A stretch of DNA of 62,336 nucleotides, filler included. It is 8 parts of 8 records of this genome, joined end to end, with 100 filler letters (N's around TTAATTAATTAA, not from the genome) between each part and the next. Parts side by side here need not be neighbours in the genome. Positions count along the whole stretch, not along the records: positions 44,354 to 50,809 come from SRR31156797_32934; positions 50,910 to 56,407 come from SRR31156797_32946; positions 56,508 to 62,336 come from SRR31156797_32954; 5 more parts are not named here. One strand, written 5' to 3'. Of the stretch, positions 49,904 to 59,522 are shown piece by piece; the first letter of the stretch is position 1, and each line of letters opens with the position of its first letter. A program made the position numbers and the translations under genes. The notes under the pieces were generated by a model. That model did not search any database. It was not told where the DNA came from and worked only from the letters and a program-made list of their open reading frames with translations.

Positions 49904-50680
49904 TTAAAGTCTTTTGTGTTCCCGCACGCCCGTTTCAGACTTTGCAAAGACCGCACGAGCCTTGTTTTGTCTTATTTTTTTTGCATAGCGACCTATATGA
50001 TCCCTGGTCAGAAAAGATGCCCTCTCAACGTTTCCTGATTCAACAGCAGCTATAATCCCTTTCCAATCCTCGAACGCCTCTTCCAGGTTGGCTATTTCGC
50101 CCGGGATTTCTTGCGCATACACAAATATATTCTCATGAATTGGAACTAAAACCGCCTCATACATGGGGTTGCGGGCCATGCGTATCAGGGCCCTGCGCAG
50201 CTCTACTTCCACATCCAGAAATCCATGCCATCCTTCAGCCCCCATGCTGACATGTTGTTTCAAATCTTTGATAAATTCCCGCAACTGATCTTTTTCCAGA
50301 TCTGTTATGTTTTTACACACCAGTTCTATGAGCCCGGATTCAATTACCATTCTGAATTCGGCCAAATTATCGGTCGATATTCTGCGCTGCCGGATTAAAA
50401 GGGCAATTCCTTCAGCAATAGGCGTTGTTGTCGATTCCCTGACAAATATCCCCCCATTTTTGCCGACGCGAACGTTCACGAGTCCTTTCTGCTCCAATAT
50501 TCGCAGGGCTTCCCGCAAGGTGCCTCTGCTGGCGCCCAATGTTTCTTGAAGTTCAGGCGCCGGGGGAAGCCTGTCGCCTGGCATAAAATCGCCGTTTATA
50601 ATAGCCTGTTCAATCTGGTTGACCACGTGTTCAACCAGCGAATTAGACTTGACCCGCTCGAAGACCATAGATTTTTCCAC
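49904..50680 (-). CDS. FadR/GntR family transcriptional regulator
   Basis: PGDRLP..EL...GASRGTLREALRILEQKGLV; C-terminal FCD domain. Confidence 0.9.
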   Translation of the reverse strand: MEKSMVFERVKSNSLVEHVVNQIEQAIINGDFMPGDRLPPAPELQETLGASRGTLREALRILEQKGLVNVRVGKNGGIFVRESTTTPIAEGIALLIRQRRISTDNLAEFRMVIESGLIELVCKNITDLEKDQLREFIKDLKQHVSMGAEGWHGFLDVEVELRRALIRMARNPMYEAVLVPIHENIFVYAQEIPGEIANLEEAFEDWKGIIAAVESGNVERASFLTRDHIGRYAKKIRQNKARAVFAKSETGVREHKRL

Positions 50681-50704
50681 TTCAGATTTTTAGATGAATT
50701 TAAT

Positions 50705-50725
50705 TATCATATTATATGATATTTT
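50705..50725. promoter_or_regulatory. Putative autoregulatory operator in the regulator promoter
   Basis: Perfect inverted repeat TATCATA-TTA-TATGATA (50705-50721); TTGACA on the minus strand just upstream. Confidence 0.55.
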
Positions 50726-50779
50726 AGAATGTGTCAAGGTGTGTTAGCAGGGTAAACGCATTTGAGCTTTAAAAAGATG

Positions 50780-50809
50780 AAGAGGCGGCGGAGCCGCCAA
50801 GACAAGGCG
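50780..50809. repeat. REP-like repeat at contig end
   Basis: AAGAGGCGGCGGAGCCGCCAAGACAAGGCG; 27/30 identical to 6194-6223. Confidence 0.6.
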
Positions 50810-50909
50810 NNNNNNNNNNNNNNNNNNNNNNNNNNNNNNNNNNNNNNNNNNNNTTAATTAATTAANNNNNNNNNNNNNNNNNNNNNNNNNNNNNNNNNNN
50901 NNNNNNNNN
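50810..50909. other. Artificial contig spacer
   Basis: N run with TTAATTAATTAA. Confidence 0.98.
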
Positions 50910-51305
50910 TTTCATCGCATCAATTCCCTTAAAAATATTAATGACATGGAGATGCTTCCGTTTTTTCGATTGTAAAATGGTCGGATTCATCTCTTTTTTT
51001 GATAAAAAAAAATCGCGTGTTCTTCAGGTGGTTTCGAGATTTGGCTAAAAAGATAGTCTGGGGCGTTTTACAGGTCCCCTGGATGCCGGTGGCAAAGGAG
51101 CAGGCGTCCGCTTCCATATCCGGCCTGAATGCCGGATTCTTATATCGTGGGATGTTGCACATGGCATTATCGGCGCGATTTGTGGCTTTTTTGTCCGCGA
51201 GGCGCCTTCCCCCATATTACGAATTTTGTCATGCTAAATTTTGAATTGAGGTCGGTTTTTTGAAACCAGAATCAGGATAATCTTAAAAAGCCTGGAAGTC
51301 AAATC

Positions 51306-52507
51306 CTATATTCGGTTGAGCCGTCTCCACAGGGTGGAGATGCTCAGGCCGAGGATCCGGGAGGCCTCCGTTTTGTTCCCGTTGGTGTGGTTCAGCACAT
51401 GGCGGATATACTGCTGCTCCAGTTCCCGGCAGGTGGGAAGGCTTTGGCCGAAGGTGGCCATGGTATGGGGACCGGCCGGTTCTTCCTGGTTGGGGAAGTG
51501 TTCGGGCAGGATGCGCTGGTTTTCCCCGGCCAGGATAAGGCCGTATTCGATCACATTTTCCAGTTCCCGGATGTTTCCGGGCCAGGAGAATCGCTCCAGC
51601 TGTTGGATCGCCCGGGGAGAAAAACCGGCATGGCCGGGGGACAGCCGGGAGAGAAAATGCCTGGCAAGGGGAAGAATGTCCTCCCGTCTGTCGCGAAGGG
51701 GAGGAATGGTGATGGGAAACACCGTGATCCTGAAATAGAGGTCCTGGCGAAATTTTCCTTGGGCCACCATCTCCTTGATCTCCTGGTTGGTGGCGGCCAG
51801 GATCCGGGCTTGATCTGCTGTTTGAGGGCGTTGATCTCATGTTCCTGGTCCGCAATGAACCGGCTGGCCTGTTCAAGGCTGCTTTTCAAGCGTTCCATCT
51901 CGGTCTTGATGTCCGTAATCCTGAATTGCTCCATGGCATCGTCCAGGGAGAGTCCCCACTCTCCAAGGGTCCTTCCTTCAAAGGTGCAGTGCTCAAAGCC
52001 CTGGGCCTTGCATGAGATCTCCCTGACCAGCACTTCGGTTCCAATGACCGCACTGGCGTAGCCGCTGACAAGGCCCGCCAGGATGGCGCAGACCGGCGTG
52101 TCGGAATCGGTTGATAAGCAGCGAAAGATGTCCGGCTCAAAGGACTCTTCCCAGATACCCTTGAAGCGCAGCTGTTTCTTGTCCGGGTTGAACTCGAGCT
52201 CGGTGATGGTTTCCCGGGCTAGGCCTGCCAGCCGCCGCATGACGCCGCCGGCCTTCAGCAATTCTTCGGGAGAGTCAAACCGGTAGAGATCAGAAACAAC
52301 GGCGGCATGGGCAAGTCCACCATCATAACCAAACCGGGTCAGCAAAACATTCATTTTCTCGGCGCCCAGGGATTGGTTCAGGTCCTTTAACAGCCTGCCA
52401 AAGCCGCTGGTCCCCATGGCCATGATCCGGTAGGGCCCGAAAATCGGGAATCCGGTCTTGGGATCCTGGCCGATCATCTCCATTGATTTCAGATCGTTCG
52501 CTCGCAT
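51306..52507 (-). pseudogene. XylR/DmpR-type (XylR_N plus V4R) sigma-54 activator with an internal deletion of most of the AAA+ domain and a frameshift
   Basis: N-terminal part (GYASA...VREISCKAQGFEHCTF) jumps at about 51810 into another frame reading ARILAATN...FRQDLYFRI...WPGNIREL...Fis HTH; no Walker A, GAFTGA or Walker B. Confidence 0.75.
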
Positions 52508-52616
52508 GGGTTACCTCCGGTGGCACTTTAGCATTTTGAAACATGGGTTTTCAAGTTGAAAAGGTTTGAATCGGGAAAGCCCGGGGGAAAACCGCATTTC
52601 CGGGCGTTTGCTCTGC

Positions 52617-52632
52617 TGGCACCCGGATTGCA
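52617..52632 (+). promoter_or_regulatory. Sigma-54 (-24/-12) promoter
   Basis: TGGCACCCGGATTGCA, near-consensus, about 65 nt before ATG 52698. Confidence 0.75.
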
Positions 52633-52697
52633 ACGAAGGTTGGCAAGGACGCTTTGCTTTTTCGCTTTTTTGCTTGTTTGCTTAATGGGAGGTGCAT

Positions 52698-53210
52698 ATG
52701 AAAATTTTCAAAGGGTTTAAAATTTTGCTGGTTGTTCTCGGGGTGGTTGCCTGTTCCCGGGCTGCCTCGGCTGAAATAGTGCTTCTCACCGACCATGAGC
52801 TTGAAGCTGTCAGGGGGCGGACCGGTATCGTTTCCATTGGCCTCGATTCCCTGGGGAACATGGCAATGTTGGCTGCGGATCGCCTTGGGCGAAATCAGGA
52901 GATCAACCTTCTGGAAAATATCCATGCGGTTGAGTTTGGGGCGGTTCGGGAAGATGCTCTCCTGACCCTGAAGGGGGTTGAGCTTGTGGGACATATTAAT
53001 ACCGGATCCTCCTTTTCCGAAGCGGTTGAAGAAGACGGCCAGGCAGTGATCCATTGTCATTTTGACAACTATGGGATGACCATTGACCGTCTCAAGGTGG
53101 ATGCCGTCCATGCCGGGGGGGATACCTCGGGTGCCAGCTTTGGTGCCTTTGAGATGACGGGTTTTTCCATGGATATCTCAGGGGATCTCACCATCAGGAT
53201 GCATGACTGA
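52698..53210 (+). CDS. Exported hypothetical protein (DUF6160/FilA-like)
   Basis: GGAGG RBS; signal peptide then LLTDHELEAVRGRTG; beta-rich C-terminus GASFGAFEMTG...ISGDLTI. Confidence 0.55.
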   Translation: MKIFKGFKILLVVLGVVACSRAASAEIVLLTDHELEAVRGRTGIVSIGLDSLGNMAMLAADRLGRNQEINLLENIHAVEFGAVREDALLTLKGVELVGHINTGSSFSEAVEEDGQAVIHCHFDNYGMTIDRLKVDAVHAGGDTSGASFGAFEMTGFSMDISGDLTIRMHD

Positions 53211-53475
53211 GCCCTGGGCGCCTTGCCGTGGTTCCCAGGAGCAGCGCCAGGGAGGCGGTCAGGGAAACGGAACAGATCAGGGTGATCCCGGAGACAGAGT
53301 GGCGCCAGCCCATGTGTGCCGTCAGGATGCCCATGACGACCCGTCCGAACACGATCCCCAACGTTCCGGAAGCCACCATGACCCCCACCCATGTGCCGGT
53401 CCTGTCGGCCACCGCGATAAGGGTCATCAAACAGGCGATCCCGGCCCTGGAACCATGGCTTTTGCAGGAGGTCAT
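53194..53475 (-). pseudogene. Fragment of an MFS transporter
   Basis: ATGA-coupled to the upstream methyltransferase; only about 3 TM segments (GTLGIVFGRVVMGILTAHMGWR); runs into the convergent gene. Confidence 0.5.
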
Positions 53476-54317
53476 GTCCTGTCATCTCCCGTTGTCGGTT
53501 TTTGTGCGACCATGAGGAGCCGGCTTGTCAGCCCGAGCACCCAGGGCTCCTCGGCAACTGCCTGAAAAGCCGTATCAATCCGGTTGAACATTTCGTCATC
53601 GTTCAGAATCGCCACCTGCTCCCTTGCGGGGGGATGCTCGAAAAACGGCGTGATGGCCGCGGTCTTGCACGGCTTGAACCCCTGGTCCCGGAACAGGGCC
53701 TCCAGCTCATCCGGGGAAAAACTGTAGTGGGGCAGCCCGGATTCGCCAATCGCTTTCCCGCTGTTGAGAACAGTGAAAAAACGGGCCATGTCGTTTCCCC
53801 GGGCAAGGTCCAGGGCCCTTCGAAACCGGTTGTTGGTGTCGCACACCACATGGCCGCCCGGTTTTGTGATCCTGAACAGTTCGGAAACCGCCTGTGCGGG
53901 ATCACTGCACAGGGAGAGGGGCATGCCCAGGGCCAGTACCAGGTCAAAGGCGTTGTCCCCCAGGGTATTCATGTCACAGATATCCAGGACGTGGTAGGCG
54001 CTGACCCTTTCCCCGAGTCCCTGTTGGTTGATTCGGGCCTCTGCGTGGCGGATCATCTCTCCGGAAAAATCCATGAGTTCCAGATCGTAGCCCATGGGGG
54101 CCAGGCGGTACACCCACCTGCCCGTGCCGCACCCGGCCTCCAGGATCGTGCCGGTCTCCCCAGGGGGCAGCAGCGGCTCGATATAGCGCCAGCAGCCCGA
54201 TTCATAGAGGTCGGACATGCGTCCGGATTTTTGCCGCCGCTCGCCGGATGCAAAGAATTGGGCCTTGCTGTCCCAGAATTCAAGGGCCTGCTTTGTACTT
54301 GTCTCTGTTTCCGTCAT
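53472..54317 (-). CDS. Class I SAM-dependent methyltransferase
   Basis: ILEAGCGTGRW; DNAFDLV; RITKPGG. Confidence 0.88.
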   Translation of the reverse strand: MTETETSTKQALEFWDSKAQFFASGERRQKSGRMSDLYESGCWRYIEPLLPPGETGTILEAGCGTGRWVYRLAPMGYDLELMDFSGEMIRHAEARINQQGLGERVSAYHVLDICDMNTLGDNAFDLVLALGMPLSLCSDPAQAVSELFRITKPGGHVVCDTNNRFRRALDLARGNDMARFFTVLNSGKAIGESGLPHYSFSPDELEALFRDQGFKPCKTAAITPFFEHPPAREQVAILNDDEMFNRIDTAFQAVAEEPWVLGLTSRLLMVAQKPTTGDDRT

Positions 54318-54350
54318 CGCCTTTCCTCCCTGTGCCGGTTCAAGATTATA

Positions 54351-54899
54351 TTATGCCGTCCAGGCGCTCAATGAGTCCACGACGCCCCTTACCCTGTTTT
54401 CAATGGCCAGGAGATCCGCTTCATTGGGGCGGTCCTCGATGTTGCCCATGCGTCCGTTTTTGTTTATTTCCGGCATGTGGTGATGCTTTCCCACCACAAG
54501 CCACTGGTCAAGGGCCGTATACCCCAGGTGTTCGAGGAACGAGTTGAGCCACATGGTCATGGGCAGCGCCTCTTTTTCTCCGATATGGGGACCGGCATAG
54601 GTGCCGAAGCTGATGCCGAACTTTCCCGGTATCATGGGGGATGAGGGCTTGATCCGGCCCTGCTGGTTGCATGCCTTCATGGTGCGTTTCACAAATTTCA
54701 TCAGGGTCTGGGTGGGCAGCCAGTCAATGACCGGAGAGCCGATGAAAATGAGGTCATAGTCAAACGGGTCCACCGTGAGCTCCTTTTCAACCTTTACCAT
54801 GTGGGGAGTCATGCCCTTTGTTGTAAGGGCGTGCTGGATGGTCTCTGCAACCTTGGCTGTGTTGCCGCCCTGGGAGTCGTACAGTATGATTGATTTCAT
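54351..54899 (-). CDS. Flavodoxin family protein
   Basis: ILYDSQGGNTAKVA FMN loop; DYDLIFIGSP; RPNEADL. Confidence 0.85.
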   Translation of the reverse strand: MKSIILYDSQGGNTAKVAETIQHALTTKGMTPHMVKVEKELTVDPFDYDLIFIGSPVIDWLPTQTLMKFVKRTMKACNQQGRIKPSSPMIPGKFGISFGTYAGPHIGEKEALPMTMWLNSFLEHLGYTALDQWLVVGKHHHMPEINKNGRMGNIEDRPNEADLLAIENRVRGVVDSLSAWTA

Positions 54900-54946
54900 T
54901 GATGATTCCTTTCTTGTATGGTTTTGTTAACTTGGTTTTTTGTAAA

Positions 54947-54962
54947 TGCATCGGGTGTGCCA
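54947..54962 (-). promoter_or_regulatory. Sigma-54 (-24/-12) promoter for the flavodoxin operon
   Basis: Minus strand TGGCACACCCGATGCA, about 48 nt upstream of ATG 54899. Confidence 0.7.
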
Positions 54963-55200
54963 GGAGAGGTTGGGAATACCTTTTTGTGTGTAACTGATTG
55001 TGAAAGCTGGGTATTTTTTTGTGGCAGCTCCGGTGGAGCCGGTCGGGACGGGGGGCGGGTTAACGTTTGATTTACGTTTGATATCGTTAACCGTTAACTT
55101 GAGACCGTAAACCCTTCATTAAAATTTCGAAATCCTTGCTAAAATTCAAACAAAGATGTAGCGTCGGGGTTAACGTTACGTGTGGGTGTTCAGGACGTTC

Positions 55201-55268
55201 TCTTCATGTTCTTCATGTCCTTCATGGTTAAAATTGAACCACCATGAAGATCATGAAGAACATGAAGA
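55201..55268. repeat. 28-bp-arm hairpin built from 9-nt CTTCATG-containing tandem units
   Basis: 55201-55228 matches the reverse complement of 55241-55268 at 26/28; 12-nt loop. Confidence 0.75.
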
Positions 55269-55306
55269 AGGAGATGTCGATTTTTACCATATAGAGAACG
55301 AAGCGA

Positions 55307-56407
55307 ATGAAGAGCTTAATCAGTGAAATGAACGATCACCCCTTGCTGGGGCAGATCATCGATACCATAGCGGACGGTGTGTTCACCCTGGATATGAACG
55401 GGGAGATCACCTCCTGGAGCAACTCCATGGAGCAGATCACGGGGTTCACGGCCCGGGAGGCCATGGGGAAGACCTGCAGCATGCTCAAGATTTCCAACTG
55501 CCTTGGCATCCGGGGGATGGGGGATCCGACCAAATGCGGCGTGCTCCAGGGGCGTTCCACCGGCGCACGGGAGTGTTTCATCCGCCACAAGGACGGCCAT
55601 GATGTGCCCGCAATAAAAAACGCGACCCCCGTAAAAAACCAGGGCGGCAAGGTGATCGGCGTGGTCGAGGCCATCACCGATCTTACCGACCTTGAAAAGG
55701 CCAGGCAGACCATCGAGGAGACCAACCGCCGCCTGGGGAAGCGGCATAAGCTGGACAGGATCATCGGCAAGAGCGACTGCATGCAGGCCGTGTTTACGGC
55801 CATCAATGCAACCGCCGCAAGCAATGCAACCATATTGATTCAGGGGGAGAGCGGCACGGGAAAGGAGCTTGTGGCCGGGGCGATCCATTACAATTCCGAC
55901 CGGTCCAAAGCCCCATTTATCATTGTTAATTGTTCGGCCCTGTCGGAATCTCTGCTTGAAAGCGAGCTTTTCGGCCATGCAAAGGGCGCGTTCACCGGCG
56001 CTGTCACCGACCGCGTCGGCCGGCTCGAGGAGGCGGACCGCGGCACGGTGTTTCTGGACGAAATCGGGGAGTTGAGCCCCCTGGTACAGGTGAAGCTCCT
56101 TCGGGTCCTTCAGGAGCGGACCATCGAGCGGCTGGGGGAATCCCGGCCACGGAAGCTCGATATCCGGGTGATCACGGCCACCCACCGGGATCTCTATACC
56201 CTTGTGAAGGAGGGAAAATTCCGGGAAGACCTCTACTACCGGCTCAAGGTTTTTCCCATCCGGGTGCCCGCATTGCGGGAGCGGAAAACCGATATCCCCC
56301 TGCTGGTGCGGCACTTTTGCGACCGGTTGAACGCTGAAACCGGCAAAAACGTTCAGGCGGTCTCCCCCAAGGCGATGCAGCGGCTCCTGGACCATGGCTG
56401 GCCCGGC
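55307..56407 (+). CDS. PAS-domain sigma-54-dependent activator (3' truncated)
   Basis: PAS N-terminus; [38 protein letters not shown]. Confidence 0.92.
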
Positions 56408-56507
56408 NNNNNNNNNNNNNNNNNNNNNNNNNNNNNNNNNNNNNNNNNNNNTTAATTAATTAANNNNNNNNNNNNNNNNNNNNNNNNNNNNNNNNNNNNN
56501 NNNNNNN
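56408..56507. other. Artificial contig spacer
   Basis: N run with TTAATTAATTAA. Confidence 0.98.
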
Positions 56508-56550
56508 AACTTTTGCAAAAGTTTTCCCTCTCTGGACGCCGGAGGCGAAA

Positions 56551-57207
56551 TTATTTTTTTTCTTCGCGGGCTTTGCGGAGCCACTCGTACCAAGGTTCCA
56601 GCCCTTCGCGGGTGCGGCAGGACAGAGGGAATAGGTCGATGTCTGCGTTCAGCTTGCGTGCATGTTGCTTGGCCTTTTCAAGATCGAAATCCACGTAAGG
56701 CAGGAGGTCGATTTTGTTAAGGATCATGACGGATGAAATGTGGAACATGAGGGGATATTTTTCAGGCTTGTCGTCGCCTTCTGTCACGGTCAGCAGGGTA
56801 ATCTTGTGGTCTTCACCGACATTGAATTCGGCGGGACAGACGAGGTTGCCTACGTTTTCCACGAAAAGAATATCGAGCCCTTCAAGGTCGATCAGGGAAA
56901 GGGCTTCCTTTACCTGGCTGGAGTTGAGATGGCATCCGCCTTCGGTGTTGATCTGAACGGCCTGTGCTCCGGTGGCGGCAACACGGCGTGCGTCGTTGTC
57001 AGTCTGGAGGTCGCCTTCGATGACGGCCATTTTGAATTCACCCTTGAGGTCAGCGAGGGTTTTTTCCAGCAGGCTGGTTTTACCGGACCCGGGTGAGCTC
57101 ATCAGGTTGAGGCAGAGGATATTTTTTTCTTTGAAAAACTGATTCAGTTCATCGGCAATTCTGTCATTTGCTTCCAGAATATTGCGTACCACAGGGATTT
57201 CACCCAT
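56551..57207 (-). CDS. hypB: Hydrogenase nickel incorporation GTPase HypB
   Basis: SSPGSGKT, GGCHL, ENVGNLVCPA, EGDDKP, NKIDL. Confidence 0.95.
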   Translation of the reverse strand: MGEIPVVRNILEANDRIADELNQFFKEKNILCLNLMSSPGSGKTSLLEKTLADLKGEFKMAVIEGDLQTDNDARRVAATGAQAVQINTEGGCHLNSSQVKEALSLIDLEGLDILFVENVGNLVCPAEFNVGEDHKITLLTVTEGDDKPEKYPLMFHISSVMILNKIDLLPYVDFDLEKAKQHARKLNADIDLFPLSCRTREGLEPWYEWLRKAREEKK

Positions 57208-57222
57208 TTCTAACTCCTTAAG

Positions 57223-57573
57223 TTAATCGTCAATCTCAATGCTTTCGATCTGCAATTCCTTGCCCTGAAGTACTTCATGACCAATTTCCAGACCGCATTC
57301 CGGGCAGGCCATGTAGAGCTTGTCTTCGGGTAAAAATTCGTTTTTGCATTCGCCGCAGCGTACTTTGATGGGAATTTCGTTGACTTCGAGAACTGACCCT
57401 TGAAGGGTGGTTCCCACAGTAACCGCTTCCCAGCCAAATGTAAGAGCATCGGAGACTACTCCCGCAAGCGCACCGTTACCTACCACAACTTTTTTGAGGC
57501 TGGCACCGGGTTGCTTTTCCATTTCCTCTTCAATGATTGCAAGTATACTTTGCGCTATTGACATTTCGTGCAT
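57223..57573 (-). CDS. hypA: Hydrogenase maturation nickel metallochaperone HypA
   Basis: MHEMSIA; CGEC...CPEC. Confidence 0.95.
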   Translation of the reverse strand: MHEMSIAQSILAIIEEEMEKQPGASLKKVVVGNGALAGVVSDALTFGWEAVTVGTTLQGSVLEVNEIPIKVRCGECKNEFLPEDKLYMACPECGLEIGHEVLQGKELQIESIEIDD

Positions 57574-57927
57574 GGAATTTGGACTAACTCAAAAAATTCT
57601 CAGGGGCAAGGTGCATTAGCGTATAATTCTGCAACTTTTGTAGCACGGTGTATAATAAAGATACTTCATGCAAATGATGGAGTGCTTTTTATGGTTGTTG
57701 TGATAACATAAAAAATGCATGCATGTACGTGCATGTCTTGCAAGTGCTTGAAAGCTTGGGTATGTGAAGGGGGTATTTCATCTTGCCGCCATGTCCGGCG
57801 GTATTTCACGGGGATATATCAACGGGGGTTAGGCTGCATGTTTGCGGTCTGATTTTGCGTGTTTGACCCCTTGAATAATTAAACTTTTTTAGCACCGGAC
57901 TCTTTCCGGATTTTGGAGGACATGCAG

Positions 57928-58587
57928 ATGTATGTGGGACTGAAAATGCTCAAGGACTTTGTGACCGTTACCCCTGATACTCTGGTCAAGGACGCGGACA
58001 AAATTCTGGAAGACAATCAGTTGTGGATGCTTCTTGTTAAAGACGGGGAAGATCTCGTAGGCTATGTCACCAAAGAAGATGTCCGTGCGGCCCTGCCTTC
58101 AGTTATCAGCTCTCTTGATAAGCATGAACTCAGCTATCTTTTGAGCAAGATTACCGTACGCGAAGTGGTGCGTGAGAACATTACCACCATTCCCCCGGAA
58201 ACCGAGATTGAAGCAGCAGCAGACCTGATGTTTGAGATGAATCTTTCCGGGCTTGCTGTTGTTGACGAGAACAAGAAGCTCATTGGTTACATCAACCGTA
58301 ACAAGATGCTCGAACTTTTGGTTGAGGAAATGGGGCTTAAGCAGGGCGGTGCACGTATCGTTGTAGATGTTGAAGAGCGCACCGGTGTTCTTTACGAGGT
58401 CGCCGGAATTATTTCCAATATGAAATATAACATAATCAGCACCGGGCTTTTTCACCACAATAACCGCAGGATGGTGGTTGTGCGTGTTGATACCGAAGAT
58501 CCGTCCCCCATTGTGGCAGCGCTTCAAGAACGCAAATATCTGGTGGTCGGTCCTGAAGATTTCATGGCTGAATGGGCTACTAATTAA
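57928..58587 (+). CDS. CBS-pair plus ACT domain protein (AcuB-like)
   Basis: Two CBS repeats followed by an ACT-like domain (VEERTGVLYEVAGII); GGAGGA RBS. Confidence 0.8.
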   Translation: MYVGLKMLKDFVTVTPDTLVKDADKILEDNQLWMLLVKDGEDLVGYVTKEDVRAALPSVISSLDKHELSYLLSKITVREVVRENITTIPPETEIEAAADLMFEMNLSGLAVVDENKKLIGYINRNKMLELLVEEMGLKQGGARIVVDVEERTGVLYEVAGIISNMKYNIISTGLFHHNNRRMVVVRVDTEDPSPIVAALQERKYLVVGPEDFMAEWATN

Positions 58588-58626
58588 ATACAGAAATTTT
58601 TTCCGGTACTGAGCCGGAGGAATTGA

Positions 58627-58664
58627 GGCCGGAAACAGGACAATCCTGTTTCCGGCTTTTTTTT
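58627..58664 (+). terminator. Intrinsic terminator
   Basis: GGCCGGAAACAGGA-CAA-TCCTGTTTCCGGCT followed by a T tract. Confidence 0.75.
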
Positions 58665-58715
58665 GTAGCACTTATTGTTTTTGGAATTTAGTCAGGGTAT
58701 AAATGAAGGGAGTAT

Positions 58716-59513
58716 TTGTCACTTTGTAAAAGAGTTTTAAGCGGGCTGGGTTGCATGTTGTATCGTATAGTTTTTTCGTTGTTGACTGCTGTGTTGTTTT
58801 TGCCCTTAACAGCCCCTCCGGGGCTGGCGGATGGTTGCGGGCTTAGGATTATTACCGAGATCAGTCATCCTTCAACTATTCTGGATAAGGGGCGTTTGAC
58901 CGGATTCGGGATAGAGATTGTTGAGGCTTTGAAAAAGGAAGTAGGTTGCAATACACCCATAGAGGTTATGCCTTGGGCGCGTGGCTATCGGCACCTTCTC
59001 AATCAGCCGGATGTAATGCTTTTTTCCACAGCCAGAACTAAGGGGCGGGAAGATAAATTTCACTGGATTGGTCCTCTTGCCTGCTATAAGTGGGTTTTCT
59101 ATGGCTTGAAGGGTATCAGGTATAAAGTGAAGACCCTTGAAGATGCGAAAAAAGTTTCCGGTATCGGGGTTTATCGCAATGATGCCCGGGCCCAGTTTCT
59201 GAAGAGCAAAGGATTTACTAATCTTGAGGTCATGGATTCGCAGGAGGTAAATTTCAAAAAACTTCTTCGCGGCAGGGTTGAACTGGTGGCGACTTCTAAT
59301 ATCGGCGTGCCGGGTTTTCTTGATTCCGATGAAGAATTGAGGAAAAGAGCGGTTCCAGTTTTGACTTTTCACAATGTTGAGCTTTATCTTGCCCTTTCAA
59401 AATCTACTGATCTGGAAAAGCTTCGCCGTTGGCAGGATGCCTTTAATGCACTGAAGGCTCGGGGCACCATCGGTAAGATTCAGGAAAAGTGGATTGAGAG
59501 ATGTCCGAAGTAG
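58716..59513 (+). CDS. Periplasmic substrate-binding protein (family 3-like); start uncertain
   Basis: MPWARG, RTKGREDKFHWIGP, LLRGRVEL; N-terminal signal. Confidence 0.8.
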   Translation: MSLCKRVLSGLGCMLYRIVFSLLTAVLFLPLTAPPGLADGCGLRIITEISHPSTILDKGRLTGFGIEIVEALKKEVGCNTPIEVMPWARGYRHLLNQPDVMLFSTARTKGREDKFHWIGPLACYKWVFYGLKGIRYKVKTLEDAKKVSGIGVYRNDARAQFLKSKGFTNLEVMDSQEVNFKKLLRGRVELVATSNIGVPGFLDSDEELRKRAVPVLTFHNVELYLALSKSTDLEKLRRWQDAFNALKARGTIGKIQEKWIERCPK

Positions 59514-59522
59514 CAGCTTTGC

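Noticed and set aside
50910..51280. Possible riboswitch or small ORFs in the non-coding stretch
   Set aside because: Only short hairpins; I recognised no riboswitch consensus or protein motif.
51551..51810. C-terminal tail of the 318-aa ORF and the 51283-51876 ORF as real proteins
   Set aside because: Out-of-frame readings produced by the deletion/frameshift in the sigma-54 activator gene.
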